Source: Silvanigrellaceae bacterium (lineage in GTDB: Bacteria > Bdellovibrionota_B > Oligoflexia > Silvanigrellales > Silvanigrellaceae). From it: a stretch of DNA of 31,564 nucleotides. This document shows positions 18,070 through 25,817 of this stretch, piece after piece; position 1 is the first letter of the stretch; the number at the start of each line of letters is the position of its first letter. The notes beneath the pieces are model-generated. The model was not told the DNA's origin. It searched no databases and saw only the letters and a list, made by a program, of their open reading frames with translations. The DNA lies in NCBI GenBank assembly GCA_049423385.1, contig JBMSQQ010000036.1:1-31564 (forward strand). The letters run 5' to 3'. The position numbers and the translations under genes were made by a program.

Positions 18070-18945
18070 TCAGCTGACAATAAAATCTTTCAGGCGGGCG
18101 GAAACGACCGAACGGGGAACCCAGAACAAAACCGACAATTGTTCGACAAGGTCGCAAGAAGGGTCGGAGTGGCGAAGGGCCGTTTTGATGAGGGCAGAAG
18201 GCATCAGCAAGGCACTCGCAAAAATATTCAGTCGAATGTCAATCAGTGGTTGCAGTTCGGGCAATGAATGTGAGCCAATCAGGACGTGGCGGCCAATCTC
18301 GCGGGCGATCAAAAATCGCAGGAATGGCTTCATGTCTCCTGCCCGGTAGGTCAGGGTTGTGGCTCCATTGATGTTCTCCACCTGAAGGGCATTCGCCTGC
18401 TGCAGAGTTCCTTCAACAAGCTTGAGACTGCCATCCAAAACTTCAAAGATTTCGGGAACCATCACCGGCAGCGAATCAACCCTGGCACGCAGAAGGAGTT
18501 CTTCTGCATAGGCGACGGTTGCTTCCCGTTTCAGATCAATGAGCTCCTCAAAGCCCTGCACACCCAAAGCCGACTGATACTTGCTGGTGTTTTTGAAGTA
18601 TTCCCTTTTAAGGTCATCAATCTGCTTGCTGCTCAGCGCTGAATTTCCATAGCCTCTGTATTCATGAAGTGCTTCCTCCACGTCAGAGCGTCCGGCTATA
18701 ATATCCAGGATGTTTCTTTCGGAAACATCGAGATGCTGGGCAATGGCTTTCACGGTTTCCAGCGATTTGATGTTCTTTTTGCCTTTTTTCCAGTGACTGC
18801 AGTCTGCAGGATCGAATCCAAGAATCGCCCCAACGTGCTGGTCGATAACCTTGACCTCATAGGCATGCTTGATGTTGAGAGCCTCTTTGCAAAACTTGAA
18901 GAGCTCAGCACTTTGAGGGTAGCGATTCTCGTCGGTCCGTTTCAT
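18070..18945 (-). CDS. XRE-like HTH + ImmA/IrrE (peptidase M78)-like protein with degenerate zinc motif
   Basis: DQHVGAILGFDPADCSHWKKGKK (HTH-like); LPV; RFLIAREIGRH (cf. RFTLAHELGH); NIFASALLMP; LFWVPRSVVSARL. AAGGA RBS before ATG 18945. Confidence 0.8.
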   Translation of the reverse strand: MKRTDENRYPQSAELFKFCKEALNIKHAYEVKVIDQHVGAILGFDPADCSHWKKGKKNIKSLETVKAIAQHLDVSERNILDIIAGRSDVEEALHEYRGYGNSALSSKQIDDLKREYFKNTSKYQSALGVQGFEELIDLKREATVAYAEELLLRARVDSLPVMVPEIFEVLDGSLKLVEGTLQQANALQVENINGATTLTYRAGDMKPFLRFLIAREIGRHVLIGSHSLPELQPLIDIRLNIFASALLMPSALIKTALRHSDPSCDLVEQLSVLFWVPRSVVSARLKDFIVS

Positions 18946-19038
18946 GACGAAAATTCCTTTTTTCGTTGAGCCCATCCGTCGGGACATTCTGGGGGGCTGT
19001 GCACTGCCTGGGTACTCTGTTCAACTAGGGAACAACTC

Positions 19039-19110
19039 CATCAAGAATTTGTCAAGCTTGATGAGTAATCGGCGTAAAATATGGTTTTCAAGCATGAGGT
19101 TCAAGTTTGC
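19039..19110. promoter_or_regulatory. Cluster of TCAAG half-sites and palindromes between the HTH-ImmA gene and flagellin
   Basis: CATCAAG-N11-CTTGATG (19039-19063), TCAAGCTTGA (19052-19061), TCAAGCATGA (19088-19097), TCAAGTTTGC (19101-19110). Confidence 0.4.
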
Positions 19111-19219
19111 CGCCAAAAACTTTGACAGTTCACGTTAGGATGCTCAAAAAACTTTTGTTAGCCTGAAAACAGCACTGGCTCGAGATCGGCGAATTCGGGC
19201 TCTGTAACTGGAGAAGGCT

Positions 19220-20062
19220 ATGGGCTTTCGCATAATGACCAATACATCCTCGGTGACCGGACAACGGCATTTGAGGAACACGCGTCGGCTACTTGATCAG
19301 AGCCTGGAGCGATTGGCGTCGGGTTACCGAATCAACAAGGCGGGCGACGATGCTGCTGGCTTGGCCATCAGTGAAAGATTACGCGCCAAGATTCGCGGCC
19401 TGCAGGTTGCTCAGCGAAACGCGAACGACGGTATCTCTTTGGTTCAGGTTGCTGAGGGTGGTCTCAACGAAGTGCAGAACATTCTGGTTCGCATGCGCGA
19501 ACTTGGCGTTCAGGCTGCGTCGGACACCATTGGGCCGGCAGAGCGTGTTTACCTCGACAACGAATACCAGGCTTTGAAATCGGAAGTCGACCGTATTGCC
19601 AACGGCACTGATTTCAACGGTACAAACCTTCTGGACGGCACTGGCGGATCGCTCGACATTCAGGTCAACACTGGTGGCGAGAATATTTTGGGTGTCGACA
19701 GAATCAGCTTCGACGCTTCCAGAGCAGATGCCAACACAGACAAAATCGGCATCGCAGATCTTTCAATTTCCTCGAAGGATGGTGCTCAGAAGAGCCTCGC
19801 CAAGATTGACTCGGCGATGGACTACATTTCATCCTTGCGTGGTGATCTGGGCGCGATGCAGAACCGGTTGATTTCGACTATCAACAATATCGGCATCAGT
19901 GTTGAAAACCTCAGCGCTGCCAACAGCCGTATCAAGGATGTCGATATCGCCGATGAATCTGCGGAACTGACGCGAAACAACATCCTCATGCAGGCTGGTA
20001 CAAGCGTATTGTCGCAGTCCAACCAGGTTCCAAAAATGGCATTGGAGCTCTTGCGTCAGTAA
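19220..20062 (+). CDS. fliC: Flagellin (short, D0/D1 only)
   Basis: ERLASGYRINKAGDDAAGLAIS, NANDGISLVQVAEG, LGAMQNRL, SRIKDVD, QAGTSVLSQSNQ; GGAGAAGG RBS. Confidence 0.98.
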   Translation: MGFRIMTNTSSVTGQRHLRNTRRLLDQSLERLASGYRINKAGDDAAGLAISERLRAKIRGLQVAQRNANDGISLVQVAEGGLNEVQNILVRMRELGVQAASDTIGPAERVYLDNEYQALKSEVDRIANGTDFNGTNLLDGTGGSLDIQVNTGGENILGVDRISFDASRADANTDKIGIADLSISSKDGAQKSLAKIDSAMDYISSLRGDLGAMQNRLISTINNIGISVENLSAANSRIKDVDIADESAELTRNNILMQAGTSVLSQSNQVPKMALELLRQ

Positions 20063-21069
20063 GAAGTGCGCTTTTCAAGATGATGAATACAATCGCTGAT
20101 CCGCTGGAATGCTTCGGGTGAACCGAGGCTCCAGCGGACAAGCATTTCTGGCCCATGAAATATGATTTTTCCGACGACTCCAGCTTGCGACTGAGCACTT
20201 CGAACGTCTTCTTCGCGGGTGTTTTTGCAACAGCGAAACAAGACAAAGGGAGCTTTTGTCTTCATGAATCTTCCAGCCGGAGTGTGGATTTTTTGGAGTT
20301 CAACTGCCATTTTGGCCATCAAATTCCAGTTGGCCCTGTAGTAATCGCAGTCATCCAGCGCAGCCTTGCAAATTTGCAATGCCCAGGAGCCTGGACCAAG
20401 CGCCATGCTTTGCAGACCTGGGACCTTGCCAATGGCAAAACCAACGCGAAGGCCAGGGAGTCCGAAAAACTTGCTGAAACTTCCCAGGGTGATGATGTTT
20501 TCACATCTGCTGAGACTTGCAAAAGTTTCGCGTGCAAATTCTGTATAAACCCGGTCAACCAGAAACACGTGATGGGGAAATCTGTTTGCCAGTCGTATGA
20601 TCTCCTCGGGGGTTGGATCATGACCGGTGGGATTGTTGGGCGATGCGAGCAGTACCAGTGCTCTTGCTTGTTCGTCCGCAAGCGCTTTTTCAAAAGCATC
20701 TGTGGGGTGTTCATAATGGTCTTCCAGGGCAATCAGAGGGGTTTGTCTGACCTCGATTTCGAATCCCTGCATCATGCGCATGTATTCAGCCCAGCCCAAG
20801 CTGGTGGTGTGAACGGTCAGTTGGCGTCCGGAAGCCCAACTCAGAATCTTGAAAAGGGCGTCTTCGGCCCCATGGTAAAGATTGACCCGCTCGCAGGGAA
20901 CATCAAGCTTGCTCGACAATTCCTGAACAAAAGAATCGAGAAGATCTCGCCTGGCATAAGTTGAAACAGCCTCTGCCGGCACCGGGCCGTCGAGTATTGC
21001 ACGCACTTTCTGTGAGTGTTCGAAGTAGTATTCGTTTCTATGAAGAGAGAGTGCTTTTTCGGGTGCCAT
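20056..21069 (-). CDS. PLP-dependent aminotransferase class I/II (HisC/CobD-like)
   Basis: LHRNE, GAEDAL, SPNNPTG, VDRVYTEF, GSFSKFFGLPGLRVGF (PLP lysine). Start uncertain (21069 or 21126); 3' end overlaps fliC by 7 nt. Confidence 0.88.
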   Translation of the reverse strand: MAPEKALSLHRNEYYFEHSQKVRAILDGPVPAEAVSTYARRDLLDSFVQELSSKLDVPCERVNLYHGAEDALFKILSWASGRQLTVHTTSLGWAEYMRMMQGFEIEVRQTPLIALEDHYEHPTDAFEKALADEQARALVLLASPNNPTGHDPTPEEIIRLANRFPHHVFLVDRVYTEFARETFASLSRCENIITLGSFSKFFGLPGLRVGFAIGKVPGLQSMALGPGSWALQICKAALDDCDYYRANWNLMAKMAVELQKIHTPAGRFMKTKAPFVLFRCCKNTREEDVRSAQSQAGVVGKIIFHGPEMLVRWSLGSPEAFQRISDCIHHLEKRTSY

Positions 21070-21198
21070 GGGCTGAGTGCAACCTTTCGACCCTCTGCCC
21101 CTAACACCCTTAGTGGGGGCCGACAAGTGAGCCGCAAAAAGCTTCGGTTTGAGGACCCTCGGGGTTCAGTTTTCCTCGCAGCTTGTGGGGCTGCCAGT

Positions 21199-23829
21199 TC
21201 AGGCAGCCCGCAGCTCGTCGCTTTGCGAAAGGTTGGCAAGAAGTCTCTGCGCGGCCTTGTCGTTGGGGTCGGCGTCCAGAACCTGGCTCATGATTGACTT
21301 GGCGCTGTCGAAATAGCCAGTCAGATAGAGGCGAACTCCCTGTGAAAACAATTCGACGGACCGCTGTTTGGCGGCTCTGCGCAAGTCCGGGTCCCCGCCG
21401 AAAAACTCGAAAACGTCTACAGTCTCGGTTTTTGTCCTGTTCCAGACCCTGTCAATCGGGCGCACTCCTTCAGGGAGATTTCCCGTGGTGGAAGTTATGC
21501 CAATGGCATTGATGTAATCCTGACTCAAGAGCGTCGAGGCCGAGTAGTCCGTGGCAACATCGGCGAGGGTTGATGCGATTCCATTGAGGTCGAATGAAAG
21601 CCAGAAACGCACTTGTCCAGCTTGCTCCGTGTAACATAGCGTGATGGGTGTTGAATGTACCCCGAATCCACATTCGTGGGTTGCAAGTCCGCGGGTCTGT
21701 CGATGCTGGTTCCAGCTGCGCAAGGCGTTCTGTACATTTTCAATCCAGCCAAGCGCCATTTCGTTATGATCACGGAAGACGATCGACCAACGCAGACCTT
21801 CCTGGTTCACCACGTACCCATTCATTTCACCAACGCCCTTGGAAAACAGTTCGCTGAATTCCTTGATGATTGCCCTGTCGGAAAGGTTTTCTCCCTCGCG
21901 GGACTTGCCTGCCTGGCGGATCACGACGCTGACCACCGTTCCAGTCAGTGTCGTCTCCTGGTGCGATTCCAGGTTTGCCTGACTGCTGATATTGAAGAGT
22001 CGCATCAAATCGCGGGGAATGAACTTCTGCGCCGAGCTCGCTTCGCTCTCGAGCAGGCCGCTTCTCATGCTTGTGTCGAGATGTTGAGCCAACGTTGTTG
22101 TCAAAGCATCAATGATTCGTTCACCCATTGCGGTTTGTTCGCTGCGTTTGCGGGCGCGAGCCGATAGCCAACCAAAGCATTGGTGTGGTCCCTTGATTGC
22201 TGCCTCGATTTTGACTTCGTACTCTGATGCGGTGGTCTCATCCATCGGTACGGGTTGTGATTCTGAATATGTGGGAGCTTCAAAACCCAACTTGGGCAGT
22301 TCACGGTTGCAGAAGTTGACCACCAGGCTGATTGCCTGAGCCCGATGCCGAAAAGTTCCCAATTGGGACAGCAGTTTCACGAGAAGTTCTTGCTGAACGA
22401 CGAAATCCTTTTGCAATTGAAGATCGGCGGTGGTCAGCTGCGGCTTTGAATACATCAGGACAAACGTTATCGCCATCGGGACAACAAATGCTCCCCAATT
22501 GAAGGCAAAGGTCTGTCTTGAAGCGTTCCAGGCGACCCAGGCGGAAACAACTCCGGCAATGGCGAATGAGAAGGTGAGAGCCCAAACCTGGTTCTTCCAG
22601 CGGGCGTCCTGTTCAGTTTGTGAATGAAACCGAAGCAGATCACTCAGACGGTTCTGCCAAGTCGGGAATTTGAGTGATACAGCGGTCAAGCCGAGCGCGG
22701 TTGCTCCTGTCAGCAACACGAACGTGTCTGTTGCACGCAGGAATGTTGCCGCAGCAGGAGTCCCGGACGGCCAAAGCCAGGTTCCAATCATTGCCACGAT
22801 GGCTGCTCCTGCCCACGCAATGTTGAACTTTTTCTGCTCAAGCTTGCGTCCCATCCAGACACAGCAAAAGAAATTTGCCAGTGCTGCAAACATCCAGCCG
22901 GCCACGAATGAGGTGAGGGTATAGCTCTCACGGGTTTTCATCAGGTTGATGAAAAATGTCGGTTGGTTGATCAGCGTATCCGAGGCTGCAAGAGTCCACG
23001 CCGCTCGCGCCGCGAGGAATTGCACGGCTGCCGAGAAGAGCATCGGCATGCCAACCCAGAAAGTCAGAGCAAGCACAAAAACCGGGGCAAGGATGCTCAT
23101 TCCAAATTCAAAAAACAGACCGCGGCGGGACTGATTTTTGAGCGAAAGAACAGATTGTGACTGACCCTGCGAAATGATCACGGGTGGAAAAGTCTGCGGA
23201 CCAAAATGACCATCGGCGCCAACGTTGGAGTCGAATTGGATCAAGTTTTTGTCGGTTGGGCCGGGTTTTCCAACCGGCAATGCGAGATCTTCTCTTTTGC
23301 AGTTCGACTGATCACAAACCGGTTGACCACTCAACGCGATCACCGGTTTCTCTCTCGGCCAGTTTTTCGCGAATTGTTGGGCTTCCGCTTCAGTCATGCG
23401 ATGCGAAAGTCGGACATGGGTTGGACGCGTCGAAAATGATTTGTCATCCACATATCTTCCCCGCCCAAGAGGAAGATTTTCCGTGGCAACCTCATATTTG
23501 CCATTGGGCATGCGTTTGAGGACGCGCTTGCATTGGTTGTTTGCGCATGAAAAATATTCCGCGACCCAATCATTGATTTGCATCATGGGCAAATCGGAGG
23601 ACCCGAGTGCGGCGATCCGGGCGTTTGGATCGGCTTGTCGCTGAAGTCCAATTCCTGAATAAAGGCATACAATGAACGCAATGGCTGCGGTTGCCGTCAG
23701 TCCCGGTGCTTGCGTTCGTATCCAATGCCAAGCATTTTTGAGATGCACATTCAGGGTGGCCAGCATTGTACTCAACATCATGAACTGTCCCTTTGCTCTT
23801 AGAACCGAACTGTTCACCACGTAATCCAT
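21199..23829 (-). CDS. Multi-pass membrane protein with extracytoplasmic domain, degenerate class III adenylate/guanylate cyclase domain and TPR tail
   Basis: N-terminal TM, soluble domain, about 7 hydrophobic segments, then KFIPR, TVVSVVIRQ, NGYVVNQEG, CGFGVHST, IASTLA, TLLSQD, RPIDRV..KTETVDVFE, FSQGVRLYLTGYFDSA..DPNDKAA. Alternative start ATG 23781. Confidence 0.8.
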   Translation of the reverse strand: MDYVVNSSVLRAKGQFMMLSTMLATLNVHLKNAWHWIRTQAPGLTATAAIAFIVCLYSGIGLQRQADPNARIAALGSSDLPMMQINDWVAEYFSCANNQCKRVLKRMPNGKYEVATENLPLGRGRYVDDKSFSTRPTHVRLSHRMTEAEAQQFAKNWPREKPVIALSGQPVCDQSNCKREDLALPVGKPGPTDKNLIQFDSNVGADGHFGPQTFPPVIISQGQSQSVLSLKNQSRRGLFFEFGMSILAPVFVLALTFWVGMPMLFSAAVQFLAARAAWTLAASDTLINQPTFFINLMKTRESYTLTSFVAGWMFAALANFFCCVWMGRKLEQKKFNIAWAGAAIVAMIGTWLWPSGTPAAATFLRATDTFVLLTGATALGLTAVSLKFPTWQNRLSDLLRFHSQTEQDARWKNQVWALTFSFAIAGVVSAWVAWNASRQTFAFNWGAFVVPMAITFVLMYSKPQLTTADLQLQKDFVVQQELLVKLLSQLGTFRHRAQAISLVVNFCNRELPKLGFEAPTYSESQPVPMDETTASEYEVKIEAAIKGPHQCFGWLSARARKRSEQTAMGERIIDALTTTLAQHLDTSMRSGLLESEASSAQKFIPRDLMRLFNISSQANLESHQETTLTGTVVSVVIRQAGKSREGENLSDRAIIKEFSELFSKGVGEMNGYVVNQEGLRWSIVFRDHNEMALGWIENVQNALRSWNQHRQTRGLATHECGFGVHSTPITLCYTEQAGQVRFWLSFDLNGIASTLADVATDYSASTLLSQDYINAIGITSTTGNLPEGVRPIDRVWNRTKTETVDVFEFFGGDPDLRRAAKQRSVELFSQGVRLYLTGYFDSAKSIMSQVLDADPNDKAAQRLLANLSQSDELRAA

Positions 23830-23862
23830 GATCCGAACAAAATTTCGGGATCTCAGGTGGAG

Positions 23863-23870
23863 TTATCGGC
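23863..23870 (-). promoter_or_regulatory. Sigma28-like -10 element upstream of the pseudo-cyclase gene
   Basis: Exact GCCGATAA on the minus strand 33 nt upstream of ATG 23829; no recognisable -35 (CACC at N15). Confidence 0.4.
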
Positions 23871-23929
23871 AGTGCGGGCACAAGGGGTGTGGCAAGAGTT
23901 GCCGACGAGTCATCGTTGTTTGACTGAAT

Positions 23930-24808
23930 TCAAAGTCCGCCAAGCGAAATCAGCTTTGGTTCGGGGAGATGAGTTCGCGCGAAGATTTGAGCCACCTGGG
24001 CAAATCGTGCCGGGGCATCTGTACAGTAGATGTCGCATTGGCTTCCCAAGAATTCCTCGCGGGAACTGTGGGAGGACAGAAAACTGTCGACCGCACCAAC
24101 GATGCTCGATGAACTGTCGAGAAGAACGAGGGGTGGTTGATTTGAATTCGAATGATGAAGGATTTTTTCGCCTTCAGCCGATTTGAGAACCACCGTACGC
24201 TGAAACTGCGCGCCAAGGGTTGAAGCGATGGGTTGCGCAAATCTGGGAAAGTGTGTGCAAGCCAACATCACCACGTCAACGTCCGCCGGCATGTCATTCA
24301 AATACAAGCGTGAAGTTGCCAGAGCAATGTCGCCGTCCGAGATTCCCTCTTCGACGAGGGGCACAAAAAGCGGACAAGCTTTCTGCCAAACGGCATCGAC
24401 CCCACACTTGCGCAGTTCGGACTCAAAGCGGCCGCTGGCCACTGTAAAGCGTGTACCAAGAACCGCGACGCGTCGGTCTTTGAGACACAGGTTTGCTGCC
24501 TCTGCGCAGAAACCTTCGACGATACCCACAACAGGCAAGCGAAAAACCTGCTTCAGACGCGCAACCGCGACACTCGATGCGGTACCGCAGGCCACCACTA
24601 TGAGCTCAGCCTGTTGGGCGGTCAAAAACAGAATGGCTTCACTCGCATAGCGGGTCACTGTTTCCGAGCCCTTGTTTCCGTAGGGATAGCGAGCGTTGTC
24701 TCCCAGGTAGACCGTGTTCAATTGCGGATGCTTTTGAACAACGGATTCCCAAACTGTCAGTCCGCCCTGGCCGGAATCAAAGAAAGCAATTCTGCGCTGA
24801 TTCTTCAT
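23930..24808 (-). CDS. murI: Glutamate racemase
   Basis: FFDSGQGGLTV, GDNARYPYG, VACGTAS, GTRFTV, CPLFVPLVEEG, LACTHFP (both catalytic Cys present). Confidence 0.95.
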   Translation of the reverse strand: MKNQRRIAFFDSGQGGLTVWESVVQKHPQLNTVYLGDNARYPYGNKGSETVTRYASEAILFLTAQQAELIVVACGTASSVAVARLKQVFRLPVVGIVEGFCAEAANLCLKDRRVAVLGTRFTVASGRFESELRKCGVDAVWQKACPLFVPLVEEGISDGDIALATSRLYLNDMPADVDVVMLACTHFPRFAQPIASTLGAQFQRTVVLKSAEGEKILHHSNSNQPPLVLLDSSSSIVGAVDSFLSSHSSREEFLGSQCDIYCTDAPARFAQVAQIFARTHLPEPKLISLGGL

Positions 24809-24814
24809 CTCGAT

Positions 24815-25717
24815 TTACACCCTGTTTCCATGAAAAACATGAGCAAAAAGATGCTCAACCCGACGTGCTGCATCATCCGCAAAAACCAGGTTTTTCGAAT
24901 TTGTCGAAACGTCTGCAAGTTGCTGTTCCGTGAGCTGCGGTGCTCGGTTGAGGTGTTCATCCTTCAGCAGGCAAACCAGGCTTGCCTGCCATCCCAGATT
25001 GCGTGCCGCCCTGACGTTCACCGGCGTGTCATCGACGAATGCAAATTGCGCGGGGGTCAGCTTTTGGCGAGGCAAGCGGAGTGTGTCGCAGCGAGTGTCG
25101 AAGACGGCCTGGGCAGCATTTTCTGCAGCAGCATAAATACGATTGTCGGGTTTTTCAGTGCCCACATCCTGGCTGAACAACACCACGTCAAACAGCTCGT
25201 GCAGGGACGTGGTGCGCATGATGTCGCTCTCGTGCCATGGCGTCGCATTGCTCAGGGCACCCACGATGAATCCATGCTTGCGAAGCTTCTGGACAAGCCG
25301 AACGATGCGGGGTCTGGCGGGTCCAACGATGAGGCTGCTGAGCTCCTTGACGAGTGCAGGCGCGAATGCACCGCTGCTGAGTCTTTCCGTGCCCAATGCC
25401 AATTTGTGAGCACGTTCACTTGGGTGTCCGGCCGCTTCCAGCATGCCTTGGATATACTGGAAGGGACCCGCATGACCGGTGCACCATTTCATCATCAGCT
25501 GATTTTCCCTCACCGTGCTCATCATCCGATCAACCGAAAACTGATGAGCCTCGGGATTCAACTCATGTTGTCGGGAAAAAAACGAATCCCAATCGAGATC
25601 GATCAGGACGCTCCCGATATCAAAGAAGAACGCCGTGAGAGGCTCCTGGTTGCTTTTTTTAAATACCCGAAACTGTTCAGTTAGTTCTAGATCTGCCTGA
25701 GAGAGTCTTGGCCACAT
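24815..25717 (-). CDS. HAD-superfamily hydrolase (YihX-like phosphatase)
   Basis: FFDIGSVL, ALSN, FSQDVGTEKPD, FVDDTPVNV. Confidence 0.88.
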   Translation of the reverse strand: MWPRLSQADLELTEQFRVFKKSNQEPLTAFFFDIGSVLIDLDWDSFFSRQHELNPEAHQFSVDRMMSTVRENQLMMKWCTGHAGPFQYIQGMLEAAGHPSERAHKLALGTERLSSGAFAPALVKELSSLIVGPARPRIVRLVQKLRKHGFIVGALSNATPWHESDIMRTTSLHELFDVVLFSQDVGTEKPDNRIYAAAENAAQAVFDTRCDTLRLPRQKLTPAQFAFVDDTPVNVRAARNLGWQASLVCLLKDEHLNRAPQLTEQQLADVSTNSKNLVFADDAARRVEHLFAHVFHGNRV

Positions 25718-25729
25718 GATACTTCATCC

Positions 25730-25756
25730 TAAAGTTGCTTCGCAGGACGCCGAACC
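25730..25756 (+). promoter_or_regulatory. Putative sigma28 promoter for the REC-PilZ gene
   Basis: TAAA-N15-GCCGAACC (TAAAGTTG -35, canonical spacing), 61 nt upstream of ATG 25818. Confidence 0.65.
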
Positions 25757-25817
25757 TCCCGTGAACGGGTGATGGCAATCGGACCGCACCGCGAGTCTGC
25801 AGAAAGGGGTTTACGCC

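Noticed and set aside
17286..18077. 263-aa plus-strand ORF
   Set aside because: Antisense shadow of the coiled-coil gene; its Phe/Leu-rich composition mirrors Glu/Lys/Gln codons.
19066..19073. Minus-strand GCCGATTA upstream of the HTH-ImmA gene
   Set aside because: No acceptable -35 and about 120 nt from the start; too weak to count as a sigma28 promoter.
20155..20964. 269-aa plus-strand ORF after fliC
   Set aside because: Antisense to a motif-complete aminotransferase; no recognisable domain.
21070..21198. GC-rich leader with a GAAA loop-like segment, considered as a c-di-GMP or other riboswitch
   Set aside because: Lacks the GCAAA...GAAA...GACGCAAA pattern and I could not build a convincing fold; an Rfam scan would settle it.
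24614..25684. 356-aa plus-strand ORF
   Set aside because: Antisense shadow of the HAD and murI genes.
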